From the NCBI GenBank assembly GCA_023393015.1, contig JAEWMY010000037.1, positions 12,830 to 76,829 of the forward strand: a stretch of DNA of 64,000 nt. The letters are read 5' to 3'. The DNA comes from Spirochaetota bacterium. Its GTDB lineage: Bacteria > Spirochaetota > Spirochaetia > Treponematales > Treponemataceae. Each line of letters begins with the position of its first letter. The stretch's first letter is position 1. The notes under the pieces are model-generated. The model worked only from the letters and a program-made list of their open reading frames with translations, had not been told where the DNA came from and ran no database searches. Positions 1 through 9,121 of the stretch are shown piece by piece. Made by a program: the position numbers and the translations under genes.

Positions 1-309
1 CTGCACCGGAAGTTCCAGTGCAAGCTCAATTTCTCCGTTCCCGTGCTGCACGACGCGCTGACGGGCAGGATCGTGGCACACGGGTTCGCGGGAACCTCCC
101 GCGTCAGGCAGCATACCGTGCCGGTCGAGCTGCGCATATCCGATATCCGCAGTTGGGAACGTTCCGAACTGCGCGGCGAGGCCCATCACGCGGCGTACAA
201 GTTCCGCCAGCATGTCGTGCTTCTCAACCGGCTGTTTTCGCCCCTCTTCTCGTTTTCTCCCGATTCCTTCGCGAAACTCCGTGAGGACCAGAATATTCTC
301 TTCCGGTAA
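1..309 (+). CDS. 3' end of an unidentified protein-coding gene (partial, runs off the left edge)
   Basis: Frame 1 is open from base 1 to TAA at 307-309. The codon-position GC pattern (GC3 > GC1 > GC2, counted by hand) fits the + frame better than the equally open antisense frame. No recognisable domain. Confidence 0.4.
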   Translation: MHRKFQCKLNFSVPVLHDALTGRIVAHGFAGTSRVRQHTVPVELRISDIRSWERSELRGEAHHAAYKFRQHVVLLNRLFSPLFSFSPDSFAKLREDQNILFR

Positions 310-457
310 CCTTGACAGTTCCCGGGCGTCGGATTATCCTGACGCTCGATCGATATTAACCGTAAAAGTAACCGTTTTCGCGTTCGGGTCCCGGCGGCCC
401 GCGCGCGAAGGCGGTTTTTTTTTAACGTCCGCGCGCGGACGTCAGCCAGGGGGGATA

Positions 458-1375
458 ATGAGTACTGATTTTGTGTCACGGGCGCCCCGCAGCGTCTTCG
501 GTTTGGCGAGCCTCGCTTTCGCGGTGACGGTTCTTGGTTCCTGCGTTTCCTCGCCGGGGGCCGTACGCGGCGAACCGTCGGACGGGGTCGCGGAGACGGT
601 CTCCGCGTGGAAGGTCTCTTCGATCGAGAGCCTGTACCCGGACGGTGCGGTTTCGGGCCGCGTCGCGTTCGTATACGATACCGACGGGACGCTTCTTTCG
701 GAGGAGACGTTCGGTCCGGGCGGCGCGTTACGGTCGCGGAAAGCGTATTCGCGGACCGCGGACGGCGAGGAGGTTATCGTCTCGCTCGGTCCGACGGGAG
801 ACGTCGTCGGAAAGGCAGTCAGGAGATACGTCGGAGGGACGCTGGTCGGCGAAACCCTCCTTGGAGCCGCCGGCGCCGAGCAATCAACCGAGCAGTATAC
901 CCTCGACGAGCGCGGCCGGAGGATCGCGCGATCCGTCGTTACCGCGTCCGGGTTCGGCACCTCGAGCGAGTATGTATACGACGGGGAGGTTGCCGTCCGG
1001 ACGATAGTCCGCGATTCCGCGGGGAAGGTCCTCAGAAGGTTCGAGATAACCGCGGAGGGCGGTCTTCCCGTCCGCGAGGACGAGTACGACGGCGCCGGAA
1101 ACCGCGTTTCGTCGATTGTGCGCCGCTACGCTTCGGCTCTGCTCCTGCGGGAGGAACGGTTGGACGCGTCGCTCTCGACGGTTTCCTCGCGCGAGTTCGA
1201 TCGCGACGCGCACGGTAACGTCGTGGAGATCCGGTATCGGGACGGAAACGGAAACCTTCTCGAAACCGAACGTACGAAATGGGTCCGTTTCGGGAACGTG
1301 CCCGGATCGCCCGGCGCGCCCGACGCGATCGCCGGTAACGCAGCGATCGCCGATAACGCCGCGAACGCCCGATAA
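458..1375 (+). CDS. Putative lipoprotein with YD/RHS-like repeats
   Basis: In-frame ATG at 458 within ORF 212..1375. N-terminus MSTDFVSRAPRSVFGLASLAFAVTVLGSC looks like a signal peptide with a lipobox-like LGSC. Repeated Y.YD..G motifs are present (VAFVYDTDGTLL, EYVYDGEV, EDEYDGAGNRV, RYRDGNGNLL). Confidence 0.65.
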   Translation: MSTDFVSRAPRSVFGLASLAFAVTVLGSCVSSPGAVRGEPSDGVAETVSAWKVSSIESLYPDGAVSGRVAFVYDTDGTLLSEETFGPGGALRSRKAYSRTADGEEVIVSLGPTGDVVGKAVRRYVGGTLVGETLLGAAGAEQSTEQYTLDERGRRIARSVVTASGFGTSSEYVYDGEVAVRTIVRDSAGKVLRRFEITAEGGLPVREDEYDGAGNRVSSIVRRYASALLLREERLDASLSTVSSREFDRDAHGNVVEIRYRDGNGNLLETERTKWVRFGNVPGSPGAPDAIAGNAAIADNAANAR

Positions 1376-1392
1376 GGAATGGGGAACCGACG

Positions 1393-2607
1393 ATGAAACG
1401 CCAAAGGAAACAGCAAATGAAACGCATCTTGATATCCGTCTCTCTCGCGCTTTTCGCGCTCGTATCCGCCTGGTCCGCGAGCGAGGACGCGGTGGTTTGG
1501 GAAGAGATTTACAACCGCGTGTCGAGCGACGAGCAACGCGTCGCAGTCATGCTCAAGATAATGGACATGAAGGATCCTGACATAGCGCCGATGCTCATCC
1601 GTTCTCTCGACCGGCTTCTCGTGGAAAACGTCGAGTCGGGCCGCGCGACCGATCGCGGGTACCGCGTGCTGCTCGCGCGCCTGACGGTTCGTGAGCTCGG
1701 CGATCTCGGGGAGACGGGGGCGGCGGAAACGCTTTTCCGCGCCTATGTAGACCCGAAGGACGCTCTTCTCCGCGGGGAGGCCGCCGTAGCGCTCGGCAAG
1801 ATTCGCGCCGTCGCCTACGCCCCGCGATTCGCCGACGATCTCGCGCGAATCAACCTCGGTCCGAACGGGCCTGCACGGCGCGACCAGGAGATACTCGCCC
1901 TGTCCCTCGTAGAAGCGCTCGAGCTCATGCGCGATCCCGTCGGGTACGAGAGCGTCTTTCTCGCGTCGACCGCCTGGTACGGCTCGGCGACTCGCGTTCG
2001 CGAAAGCGCGGAGCGCGCCCTGACGACGATGGTCGACGACCCGACGGATACGATCGCCTCGATCATCGAGCGGAATCCCTCGATGACGGTGCGCGCGGCC
2101 GCCCTCCGCGCCGCGTTCCGGTCGAAGGCGGGCGACGACCGCAAGGCCGCGATCGCGAGGCGCTCCATCGCCCTCGGCATCGAGCGGGCTACGGTCGACA
2201 AGCGCGGGCTTGCCGAGGCCGCGGCCTTCCGCGCGGAGGCCGTCAATTCCCTCGCGCGAGTCCGGGACCGCTCTCCCGAGTCCGTACCGCTGCTCGCAGC
2301 CGTTATCGCCATGGACGGGAAGGACGACTCCTCGCTCGACGAGTCGATCAGGGCCTACGCGGCGCTCGGCGTCAACGGAAGCGACGAGGCGGCGGGATAT
2401 CTCGCGTCGCGCCTCGACGAGTACGGCGCGCGCGAGACCGACAAGCTGAACACCGCGCGCGACAAGACACTGATCCGGCAGATACTCTCGAGCATGCGCG
2501 CGGCGAAAAACCCGCTCGTGCGCGACTCGCTCTTACGGGCGCAACACGTCGACTTCGACGAGGGCATCCTCAGGCTCGTGCGGGAGACGCTGGAAGTCGT
2601 GCGTTAA
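1393..2607 (+). CDS. Secreted alpha-helical (HEAT/ARM-like) repeat protein, function unknown
   Basis: Signal-peptide-like MKRILISVSLALFALVSAWSA (an alternative start is at 1417). The rest is Ala/Leu/Arg-rich helical repeats, and GC3 is high in this frame. Confidence 0.6.
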   Translation: MKRQRKQQMKRILISVSLALFALVSAWSASEDAVVWEEIYNRVSSDEQRVAVMLKIMDMKDPDIAPMLIRSLDRLLVENVESGRATDRGYRVLLARLTVRELGDLGETGAAETLFRAYVDPKDALLRGEAAVALGKIRAVAYAPRFADDLARINLGPNGPARRDQEILALSLVEALELMRDPVGYESVFLASTAWYGSATRVRESAERALTTMVDDPTDTIASIIERNPSMTVRAAALRAAFRSKAGDDRKAAIARRSIALGIERATVDKRGLAEAAAFRAEAVNSLARVRDRSPESVPLLAAVIAMDGKDDSSLDESIRAYAALGVNGSDEAAGYLASRLDEYGARETDKLNTARDKTLIRQILSSMRAAKNPLVRDSLLRAQHVDFDEGILRLVRETLEVVR

Positions 2608-3549
2608 ACGGGGCGATCCGCGCGCGGCCGGCCTGGTACCGCTTTCCGGCGTCCGGCTTTCCGCGGCCAGGGCTCGCACGAGGCGCGCGACGATGTCGAC
2701 GCGCGCGAAGGGCGTGATGACGTACCACCCGTCGACGTACGTTTCCATGCGACGCGCGAGCGAGAGGGCGTACCCGACCGAAATGTCCGCGGCCTCCTCG
2801 CGCGAAGCGCCGGCGAACCGGCGCGCGACGGATTCGTCGACGGATATGCCGGGTATCTCTCCCCGCGCGAGAAAGTCCGCGTTCCGCTCGCTCACGACCG
2901 GAAGCACGCCGCCGAGGATCGGGTATCCCAGTTCAGCGCGCGCGAGCGCGAGGTTCCCGAAGGCCGCGTCGGTAAACGCCGGTTGGGTCAGGAATGCGCA
3001 AACACCGGCCGCGGCCTTTCGGCGCGCTCGTTCCAGTTCCGCCCGGAAGTTCCGGGCGTTCACGTTGAGGGCGCCCCATACCCGGAACGGCCGGGAAAAC
3101 GAGTCCGTCCCCCACGCGCCGATCGCGCCCGCGAGCCTCTCCGACGACCAGCCGCTCGCGAACCGCGACGGCGCGCGACCCGGTCCGGTAGATTCCGGCG
3201 TCCGGGGCGGGCGGTCGCGGTCTCCCGTTACCGCCAGCACCGTATGGAGTCCCTCCGCGTCGAGGGCGAGCAGGGTCGACTTGATAGCCTCGCGGCTCCG
3301 GTCGCGGCAGGTAAGGTGCGGGATCGCGAGAACGCCCGCCTCGCGCGCGACCTTGCACGCCATGACGGCGCTGTCGGCGCGTACGCGTCCGGCGGGGTTG
3401 TCCGCGATCGTGATCGCGTCGGCTCCCGCGCGCGCGAGTTCGCGCGCTCCCTCGACGAGAAACGAACCCGCGCCCGCGGATCCATCCTTCGCGACAGCGT
3501 TCCGCTCGGGCGGGTCCAGTTCAACCGCGATATATCGTTTGCCGCGCAT
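2533..3549 (-). CDS. metF: Methylenetetrahydrofolate reductase (MetF-like)
   Basis: MRGKRYIAVELDPP...ADAITIADNPAGRVRADS...IPHLTCRDRSREAIKSTLLALDAEGLHTVLAVTGD is the MTHFR TIM-barrel signature. It lies immediately downstream of metE and overlaps it by 29 nt. Confidence 0.85.
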   Translation of the reverse strand: MRGKRYIAVELDPPERNAVAKDGSAGAGSFLVEGARELARAGADAITIADNPAGRVRADSAVMACKVAREAGVLAIPHLTCRDRSREAIKSTLLALDAEGLHTVLAVTGDRDRPPRTPESTGPGRAPSRFASGWSSERLAGAIGAWGTDSFSRPFRVWGALNVNARNFRAELERARRKAAAGVCAFLTQPAFTDAAFGNLALARAELGYPILGGVLPVVSERNADFLARGEIPGISVDESVARRFAGASREEAADISVGYALSLARRMETYVDGWYVITPFARVDIVARLVRALAAESRTPESGTRPAARGSPRLTHDFQRLPHEPEDALVEVDVLRP

Positions 3550-5860
3550 TCTTCACCGCCTTCATCATGTTTTCGAGGCTTTCCCTCGTTTCCGCCTCTC
3601 CGCGCGTCTTGAGGCCGCAGTCGGGATTGATCCATATCTCGAGTCCCGAGTCTGTCATCTTCCCGATGGCCTCCCCGATTTCGGCGACCGCGGGGACGCG
3701 GGGCGAGTGGATGTCGTAGACGCCGGGGCCGACGGCCGAACCGAAGGAAACCCGCGAAAGCTCCGAGAGGATCGACAGGTTGGATCGCGACGCCTCGAAG
3801 GAGATCACGTCCGCGTCCATCGCGTCGATGTCTTCCATGATGTCCCTGAACTCGCTGTAGCACATGTGCGTGTGAATCTGCGTCTCCGGGGCCACTCCCG
3901 AGTGCGTCAGGCGGAACGCCGGGATCGCCCAGTCGAGGTAGTCGCGTTTCCAGTCCTCCCTCCTGAGCGGTAGGCGCTCGCGCAGGGCGGCCTCGTCGAT
4001 CTGGATGACGCGAACGCCCGCCCGCTCGAGATCGAGTACCTCCTCGCGGATCGCCCGCGCGATCTGGAACGCGACGCGCGCCGGGGGTATGTCCTCGCGC
4101 GGGAAGGACCAGTTGAGTATCGTGACAGGTCCGGTGAGCATCCCCTTGACCGGCTTAGACGCGAGCGTCTGCGCCCAGCGCGAGAGTTCCACCGTCATCG
4201 GCTTCCTTCGCGACACGTCTCCCGCGACGATCGGCGGCTTGACGCAGCGCGTCCCGTAGGACTGCACCCAACCGAGCGAGGTGAATACGAATCCCTCGAG
4301 CAGGGATCCGAAAAACTCGACCATGTCGTTTCGCTCGAACTCGCCGTGAACGAGTACGTCGAGGCCGATTCCGTCCTGGTAGGCGACGCACTCGGCGATC
4401 TTGCCGCGGACGGCCGCGTCGTACGTCGCCTCGTCGATCTCTCCCTTCCTCAGGCGCGCGCGCAATCCCCTGATCTCGGACGTTTGCGGGAACGATCCAA
4501 TGGTCGTTGAGGGAAGGGGCGGAAGGGGAAGGGCCGCGCGTTGTATTTCCCGCCGTTCCGCGCGAGAGGGAGCGCGTTCGGTTTCCCCGGGCGCGGGCCA
4601 CCAGCCTTCAAGGTCCCCGTTTCCCGTCGCGTCGGCCGCCTCCCGGCAGGTCGTCCCCGGACCGGCCGTCACGGGATCGGCCTTCGCGCCCGCGGGACGG
4701 AGCGCGTCGGTCGAGACGCGGTCGGCCATGTCGCGGAGCTCGCCGAGCTTTTCCGTCGCGAAGGAAAGGCGCGCGCGGAGCGCGGGGTCGAGCGAGCGTT
4801 CGCCTTCGAGGCTCACCGGCACGTGCTGCAGGGAACAGGACGGTCCTACCGCGAGATTCGCGACCTTCCCCGCGAGTGAGTCGAGCGTTTCTCTCACGCG
4901 GTCCGCGTCGGCCCGCCAGACGTTCTTGCCGTTGACGACCCCCGCGATAAGCGTCTTGTCCGCGGGGAACCCGCGCGTCACGACGAGTTCCGCGTTTTTT
5001 TTCCCTTCCACGAAGTCGAGGCCGACGGCGTCGAAGGGCAGGGCCACCAGCGTGTCGTACGCGTCGCGCGGGTCGCCGAAGGAGACGTTGACGTGTACCT
5101 CGAAACCCGCGGGTTTCGAGGCGAGGAGCCGCCTCGAGACGCGTTCGAATCGGGCGATATCGGCCCCGTCGAGGTCGAGCGCGAGGGCGCTTTCGTCAAG
5201 GAGCGCGGCGCGCGCGCCCGCCCGGGCGAGTCGCCCGAAGAGCGCCGCGTACGCGTCGGCGATTCCGTCGGACAGGTCGTCCGGCCCGCGGCTTCCCGTG
5301 AAAGCCGTCAGTTTGAGCAGCGTGAACGGGCCGACGAGCGAGGGCCTCGTCTCGATACCGTTCCGCGCGGCCTCGAGATAGGCCTCTACCGGGTCGAAGG
5401 ACGCCGCGATGCCGTCCGCTCCCGACGCGATCGGCCGATCCGCGAGCGCGACGGTGACGCCGTCGTCTATCTCCGGCGCGATATAATGGTAATTCGTGGT
5501 AAACCATTTTTTCATCGGGAGGGCGTGGAGATCGACCGCGCGTCCCGCTAACGACCCCTGAAACCCCCGTGCCATCGCGAAGTAGGTATCGAGCGGGGAG
5601 AGCCCCGTCTCACGATACCGCGCCGGAACCGCGCCGAAGAGGAATGCCGCGTCGAGTACGCGGTCGTAGAGGGAGAAGTCCGCGGACGGGATGAGATCGA
5701 TGCCGTTATCGCGCATCGTGCGCCAGGATTCGAGCCTGATGCGGGCGGACGTTTCCCCGAGTTCCTCGGGGCCCGTCTTTCCCGAAAGATATGCCTCCGT
5801 TGCGAACTTGAGTTCCCGATGCGCCCCGATTCGGGGAAAGCCTTGTACTGACGTTTTCAT
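3521..5860 (-). CDS. metE: Cobalamin-independent methionine synthase (5-methyltetrahydropteroyltriglutamate-homocysteine methyltransferase)
   Basis: MKTSVQGFPRIGAHRELKFATEAYLSGK at the N-terminus and TTIGSFPQTSEIRGLRARLRKGEI...IQIDEAALRE...THMCYSEF in the C-terminal half are classic MetE motifs. The start was chosen at the ATG at 5860 (MKTSVQ) inside ORF 3521..5899. Confidence 0.95.
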   Translation of the reverse strand: MKTSVQGFPRIGAHRELKFATEAYLSGKTGPEELGETSARIRLESWRTMRDNGIDLIPSADFSLYDRVLDAAFLFGAVPARYRETGLSPLDTYFAMARGFQGSLAGRAVDLHALPMKKWFTTNYHYIAPEIDDGVTVALADRPIASGADGIAASFDPVEAYLEAARNGIETRPSLVGPFTLLKLTAFTGSRGPDDLSDGIADAYAALFGRLARAGARAALLDESALALDLDGADIARFERVSRRLLASKPAGFEVHVNVSFGDPRDAYDTLVALPFDAVGLDFVEGKKNAELVVTRGFPADKTLIAGVVNGKNVWRADADRVRETLDSLAGKVANLAVGPSCSLQHVPVSLEGERSLDPALRARLSFATEKLGELRDMADRVSTDALRPAGAKADPVTAGPGTTCREAADATGNGDLEGWWPAPGETERAPSRAERREIQRAALPLPPLPSTTIGSFPQTSEIRGLRARLRKGEIDEATYDAAVRGKIAECVAYQDGIGLDVLVHGEFERNDMVEFFGSLLEGFVFTSLGWVQSYGTRCVKPPIVAGDVSRRKPMTVELSRWAQTLASKPVKGMLTGPVTILNWSFPREDIPPARVAFQIARAIREEVLDLERAGVRVIQIDEAALRERLPLRREDWKRDYLDWAIPAFRLTHSGVAPETQIHTHMCYSEFRDIMEDIDAMDADVISFEASRSNLSILSELSRVSFGSAVGPGVYDIHSPRVPAVAEIGEAIGKMTDSGLEIWINPDCGLKTRGEAETRESLENMMKAVKNARQTIYRG

Positions 5861-5989
5861 GGGTACGCTCCTTGCCGGTCGCGTCGCCGACAAGTACACC
5901 GTACTTGAAAAACAAGATATAGTCCAAAACTAAATATCTATTGCTTGTTATAGTAAATAACTATAGCAAATTGACGGCCTTCTTCGATG

Positions 5990-6916
5990 TCAAATGATAC
6001 TATCAGACCCCGTCGCCTTCCGTCCGTAGGCCTCGAGCTTGCCGATAAAGAGCGAAGCCGCCCGTGTCCTTGACGAAAGCCGGTGGGTGATGTAGCCGAC
6101 GGTGATCGTTTCGTCTATCTCCAGGGGAACGGCGACTATCTCGTTGCCGTTGAGGTCGCGCGTCAAAACGCCGGTGGATATCGTATATCCGTCGAGGCCG
6201 ATGAGGAGGTTGAAGAGGGTCGCGCGGTCGCTGACGCGGATGCTTTTTCGGTGTGAAAGGGTGCTGAGTATCTCCTCGGAATAATAGAAGGAATTGAACT
6301 CGCCCTGATCGAAGGCGAGACAGGGCCAGGATTCGAGATCCTCGACCGAAACGCGCTCTCGCAAGGCGAGCGGATGGCGGGCGCTCACGAAGATATGCGG
6401 GGCGGCGTCGAAGAGGGGCGTGAAGACGAGATCGTTGTCGCGGAAGAGCTTGCCGAGGACTTTCTCGTTGAAGGCGTTGGTGTAGAGGATGCCGATTTCG
6501 CTTTTCATCGCGCGGACGTCCTCGATGATGTCGTGCGTGCGCGTTTCCCTCAGGGTGCATTCGTACTCGTCGACCGCGAGTTCCCGGATGGTGTCGACGA
6601 AGGCGTTAACGGCGAAGGCGTAATGCTGGGTCGCGACCGAGAAGAGCGGCTTTTTCGGGCCGCCCTCCCCCCACCGCGACTCGAGAAGTTCGACCTGCTC
6701 GGTTACCTGGCGGGCGTAGGCGAGAAACTCGGCGCCCTCCGTGGTGACCTCGACTCCCCGGTTCGTCCGGGAGAATATCCTGATTCCTATCTCGCCCTCG
6801 AGTTCCTTGATCGCCGCGGAGAGACTCGGCTGGGAGATGAAGACGGCCCCCGCCGCGAGGTTGAACGAACCCGCCTTCGCCACCGCGATCGCGTATTTTA
6901 GTTGCTGAAGCGTCAT
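5990..6916 (-). CDS. LysR-family transcriptional regulator
   Basis: MTLQQLKYAIAVAKAGSFNLAAGAVFISQPSLSAAIKELEGEIGIRIFSRTNRGVEVTTEG is a typical LysR wHTH followed by a substrate-binding domain. It sits directly upstream of metE on the same strand. Confidence 0.9.
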   Translation of the reverse strand: MTLQQLKYAIAVAKAGSFNLAAGAVFISQPSLSAAIKELEGEIGIRIFSRTNRGVEVTTEGAEFLAYARQVTEQVELLESRWGEGGPKKPLFSVATQHYAFAVNAFVDTIRELAVDEYECTLRETRTHDIIEDVRAMKSEIGILYTNAFNEKVLGKLFRDNDLVFTPLFDAAPHIFVSARHPLALRERVSVEDLESWPCLAFDQGEFNSFYYSEEILSTLSHRKSIRVSDRATLFNLLIGLDGYTISTGVLTRDLNGNEIVAVPLEIDETITVGYITHRLSSRTRAASLFIGKLEAYGRKATGSDSII

Positions 6917-6986
6917 CTGGTTCCTCGAACGGAGTATAGCATGGAACGGTTTTGACGCGATATGAGAATGGATAAATGCAAATGAC

Positions 6987-7015
6987 TTGCAAAAAAGTAG
7001 TAGGGTCAGTATATT
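6987..7015 (+). promoter_or_regulatory. Sigma70-like promoter upstream of the metal-binding protein gene
   Basis: TTGCAA (6987-6992), a 17-nt spacer, then TATATT (7010-7015), about 30 nt upstream of the ATG at 7047. Confidence 0.4.
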
Positions 7016-7046
7016 GCTTGTGGTTTACAACACGAAGGAGTAATCC

Positions 7047-7988
7047 ATGCGAAGCAAGATACGTTTTTGCACGTTTGTCTGTCTGTCGTTCGTCGCGGCG
7101 AGCGTGTTCGCCGGCGGGATCGGGGAGAAACCGGCGGGTAAGCCGGCGGAGAAGCCGCTAGTCACCGTGAGTATTCTGCCTCACCGGTATTTTGTCGAGC
7201 GGATATCCGCCGGTCGCGTCGACGTTCGCGTCCTCGTCGGTCCCGGCCAGAGTCCCCATTCGTACGAGCCGACGCCCCGCCAGATGTCGGATCTCGCCCG
7301 ATCCGGCGCCTGGATTCGATCGAACACCGATTTCGAGGAGGCCCTCGAACCCAAGGTACGCGCGCAGATGCCGCGTCTACTCGTCGTGGACGGAACGGCG
7401 GGCGTCGTTTTCAGAAAGCTTGAGGCGCACGATCATGAAGATGACGACGAGGACGATCATGACGGGGACGATCACGACAATCACGCCGATCACGCCGATC
7501 ATGACGCGAATGTCGACCGCCATACCTGGCTCGGGCGGGAGCCGGCCAAGCTATTTGCCGCTCACGTGCGCGATACCCTCGTCGCCGTCGATCCTGCCGG
7601 GCGGGACACGTATGTCGCGAACGAACGTGCCCTCGTCGCCGAGATAGACGCGACCTTCGACTCGCTCGCGAAGCGCCTCGCGCCGCTCAAGGGTCGTGCC
7701 GTCTTCGTCTTTCATCCTTCGTTCGGATATTTTTTCGACGAGTTCGGCATGAGACAGGAAGCCGTGGAAACCGGCGGCAAGGAACCGACGGCGAAGGCGC
7801 TCGCGGCCCTGATCGCGAAGGCGAGGCGGGAAAAGGCCGGGGTCATTTTCGTGCAGGAACAGTTTCCCGTCGCCGCGGCGAAACAGGTCGCGGAATCCGT
7901 CGGCGCGAGGGTCGTTCCCCTCAATCCCCTCGATCCGGACTGGATGGGGAATATCATACGTATGGGAAAGGCCCTGGAGGGACGGTAA
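7047..7988 (+). CDS. ZnuA/TroA-like metal (Zn/Mn) ABC transporter substrate-binding protein with an acidic His-rich loop
   Basis: Signal peptide, then VTVSILPHRYFVERI...HSYEPTP...DRHTWLG...FVFHPSFGYF...GGKEPTAKALAALI (cluster A-I SBP pattern). The loop HDHEDDDEDDHDGDDHDNHADHADHD is typical of ZnuA-type proteins. Confidence 0.85.
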   Translation: MRSKIRFCTFVCLSFVAASVFAGGIGEKPAGKPAEKPLVTVSILPHRYFVERISAGRVDVRVLVGPGQSPHSYEPTPRQMSDLARSGAWIRSNTDFEEALEPKVRAQMPRLLVVDGTAGVVFRKLEAHDHEDDDEDDHDGDDHDNHADHADHDANVDRHTWLGREPAKLFAAHVRDTLVAVDPAGRDTYVANERALVAEIDATFDSLAKRLAPLKGRAVFVFHPSFGYFFDEFGMRQEAVETGGKEPTAKALAALIAKARREKAGVIFVQEQFPVAAAKQVAESVGARVVPLNPLDPDWMGNIIRMGKALEGR

Positions 7989-7998
7989 GGGGCGCGGG

Positions 7999-8019
7999 AC
8001 GCGGGGCCAGGCCCCGCGT
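7999..8019 (+). terminator. Rho-independent terminator after the metal-binding protein gene
   Basis: ACGCGGGGC-cag-GCCCCGCGT, a 9-bp GC stem with a 3-nt loop, followed by TATTTT. Confidence 0.7.
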
Positions 8020-8070
8020 TATTTTGGATTTCTACTTGACAATGTTAGACAAGAATAATACTGTTAGCCG

Positions 8071-8592
8071 ATGAAAACATCGCCCGGATTAACCGAGTCG
8101 CTCGAAGATTACCTCGAGTCAATCTATCGTAATATCCTGAAAAAGGGCGCGGCCCGGGTGAAGGATATCGCGGGAGACTTGCGGGTGCGGTATCCCTCGG
8201 TAACGTCGGCGCTCAAGAATTTGGAGCGTCGGGGACTCATTCTCTATGAGCCGTACGGGATTATCTCCCTGACGAAGGAAGGGCTCGCGGTAGCGCTTCG
8301 CGTAACCGAGCGCCATCGCCTGCTCAAGTCGTTTTTTTCGCAGGTACTCGGGGTGGAGCAGGGGCTCGCCGACGAGACGGCGTGCCGGATCGAGCACGTT
8401 ATCCCGCCGGAGGCATACGAACGGTTCGTGCAATTCATGAAGTTTCTCTTCGTGACGGGGGGAACGGACAAGGACTGGCTCAAGGAGTTCCGGAAATTCG
8501 TGCGGGACAACGCGGTCGACGCGACCTGTCCCGAGTGCGTCGATGAGTATTTTGCGGGTACGGGGTTCGACCCGAAGGGGGGTATTGCGTGA
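8071..8592 (+). CDS. DtxR/MntR-family metal-dependent transcriptional regulator
   Basis: LTESLEDYLESIYRNILKKGAARVKDIAGDLRVRYPSVTSALKNLERRGLILYEPYGIISLTKEGLAVALRVTERHRLLKSFF is the DtxR N-terminal wHTH plus dimerisation helix. Its stop overlaps the feoA start (GTGA). Confidence 0.85.
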   Translation: MKTSPGLTESLEDYLESIYRNILKKGAARVKDIAGDLRVRYPSVTSALKNLERRGLILYEPYGIISLTKEGLAVALRVTERHRLLKSFFSQVLGVEQGLADETACRIEHVIPPEAYERFVQFMKFLFVTGGTDKDWLKEFRKFVRDNAVDATCPECVDEYFAGTGFDPKGGIA

Positions 8593-8804
8593 CACTGGCG
8601 ATGCTTGAAAGCGGAAAACGCGGCGTTGTCGCGAGGATTCATGGCGGCGAGCGCAGGCGCGAGCATTTACTGAGTCTGGGGATCGTTCCGGGCGTACCGG
8701 TGCGCGTCGTGCGAGGCGGCGGTTCCGGCCCCCTCGTCGTGGACGTGCTCGGAGGGCGCGTCATTCTCGGTAACGGGATCGCGTGCGCGGTGGATATCGC
8801 GTAA
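8589..8804 (+). CDS. feoA: FeoA-family protein (copy 1)
   Basis: 71 aa, LESGKRGVVARIHGG...LLSLGIVPGVPVRVVRGGGSGPLVVDVLGGRVILGNGIA is the FeoA SH3-like pattern. GTG start at 8589, or ATG at 8601. Confidence 0.8.
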   Translation: MTLAMLESGKRGVVARIHGGERRREHLLSLGIVPGVPVRVVRGGGSGPLVVDVLGGRVILGNGIACAVDIA

Positions 8805-8884
8805 TCGGTTTTTTCGTGCCATTAAAGTTAGAAAAGGCTAATAATGTTTCCGGAACATAACACCGGCAAGTCAAGGAGTGGTCG

Positions 8885-9121
8885 ATGGAATTACGGTTGA
8901 AGGATATCCCCGTCGGGGATCGGGGCGAGGTCGCTGGGTATTCGAAGTCGGATGCCGCGTATCGTGACAGGCTTCTTTCGATGGGTCTCACGAAGGGAAC
9001 GCCCTTTACGGTCGTGCGGGTAGCGCCGCTCGGCGACCCGATAGAGCTTGAGGTTCGGGGTTTTCGCCTGAGCGTGAGAAAGTCGGAGGCCGACGGCCTC
9101 GTCGTAAGGAGTCTCGCATGA
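8885..9121 (+). CDS. feoA: FeoA-family protein (copy 2)
   Basis: 78 aa, LKDIPVGDRGEVAGY...RLLSMGLTKGTPFTVVRVAPLGDPIELEVRGFRLSVRKSEA. It overlaps the feoB start by 4 nt. Confidence 0.85.
   Translation: MELRLKDIPVGDRGEVAGYSKSDAAYRDRLLSMGLTKGTPFTVVRVAPLGDPIELEVRGFRLSVRKSEADGLVVRSLA

Noticed and set aside
1-213. Minus-strand partial ORF (MLAELVRRVMGLAAQFGTFPTADIGYAQLDRHG...) starting at 213 and running off the left edge. It would be divergent from the lipoprotein gene.
   Set aside because: It uses exactly the reverse-complement codon phase of the + frame. The hand-counted GC3 > GC1 > GC2 pattern favours the + strand reading. This is kept only as a caveat on the low-confidence feature at 1..309.
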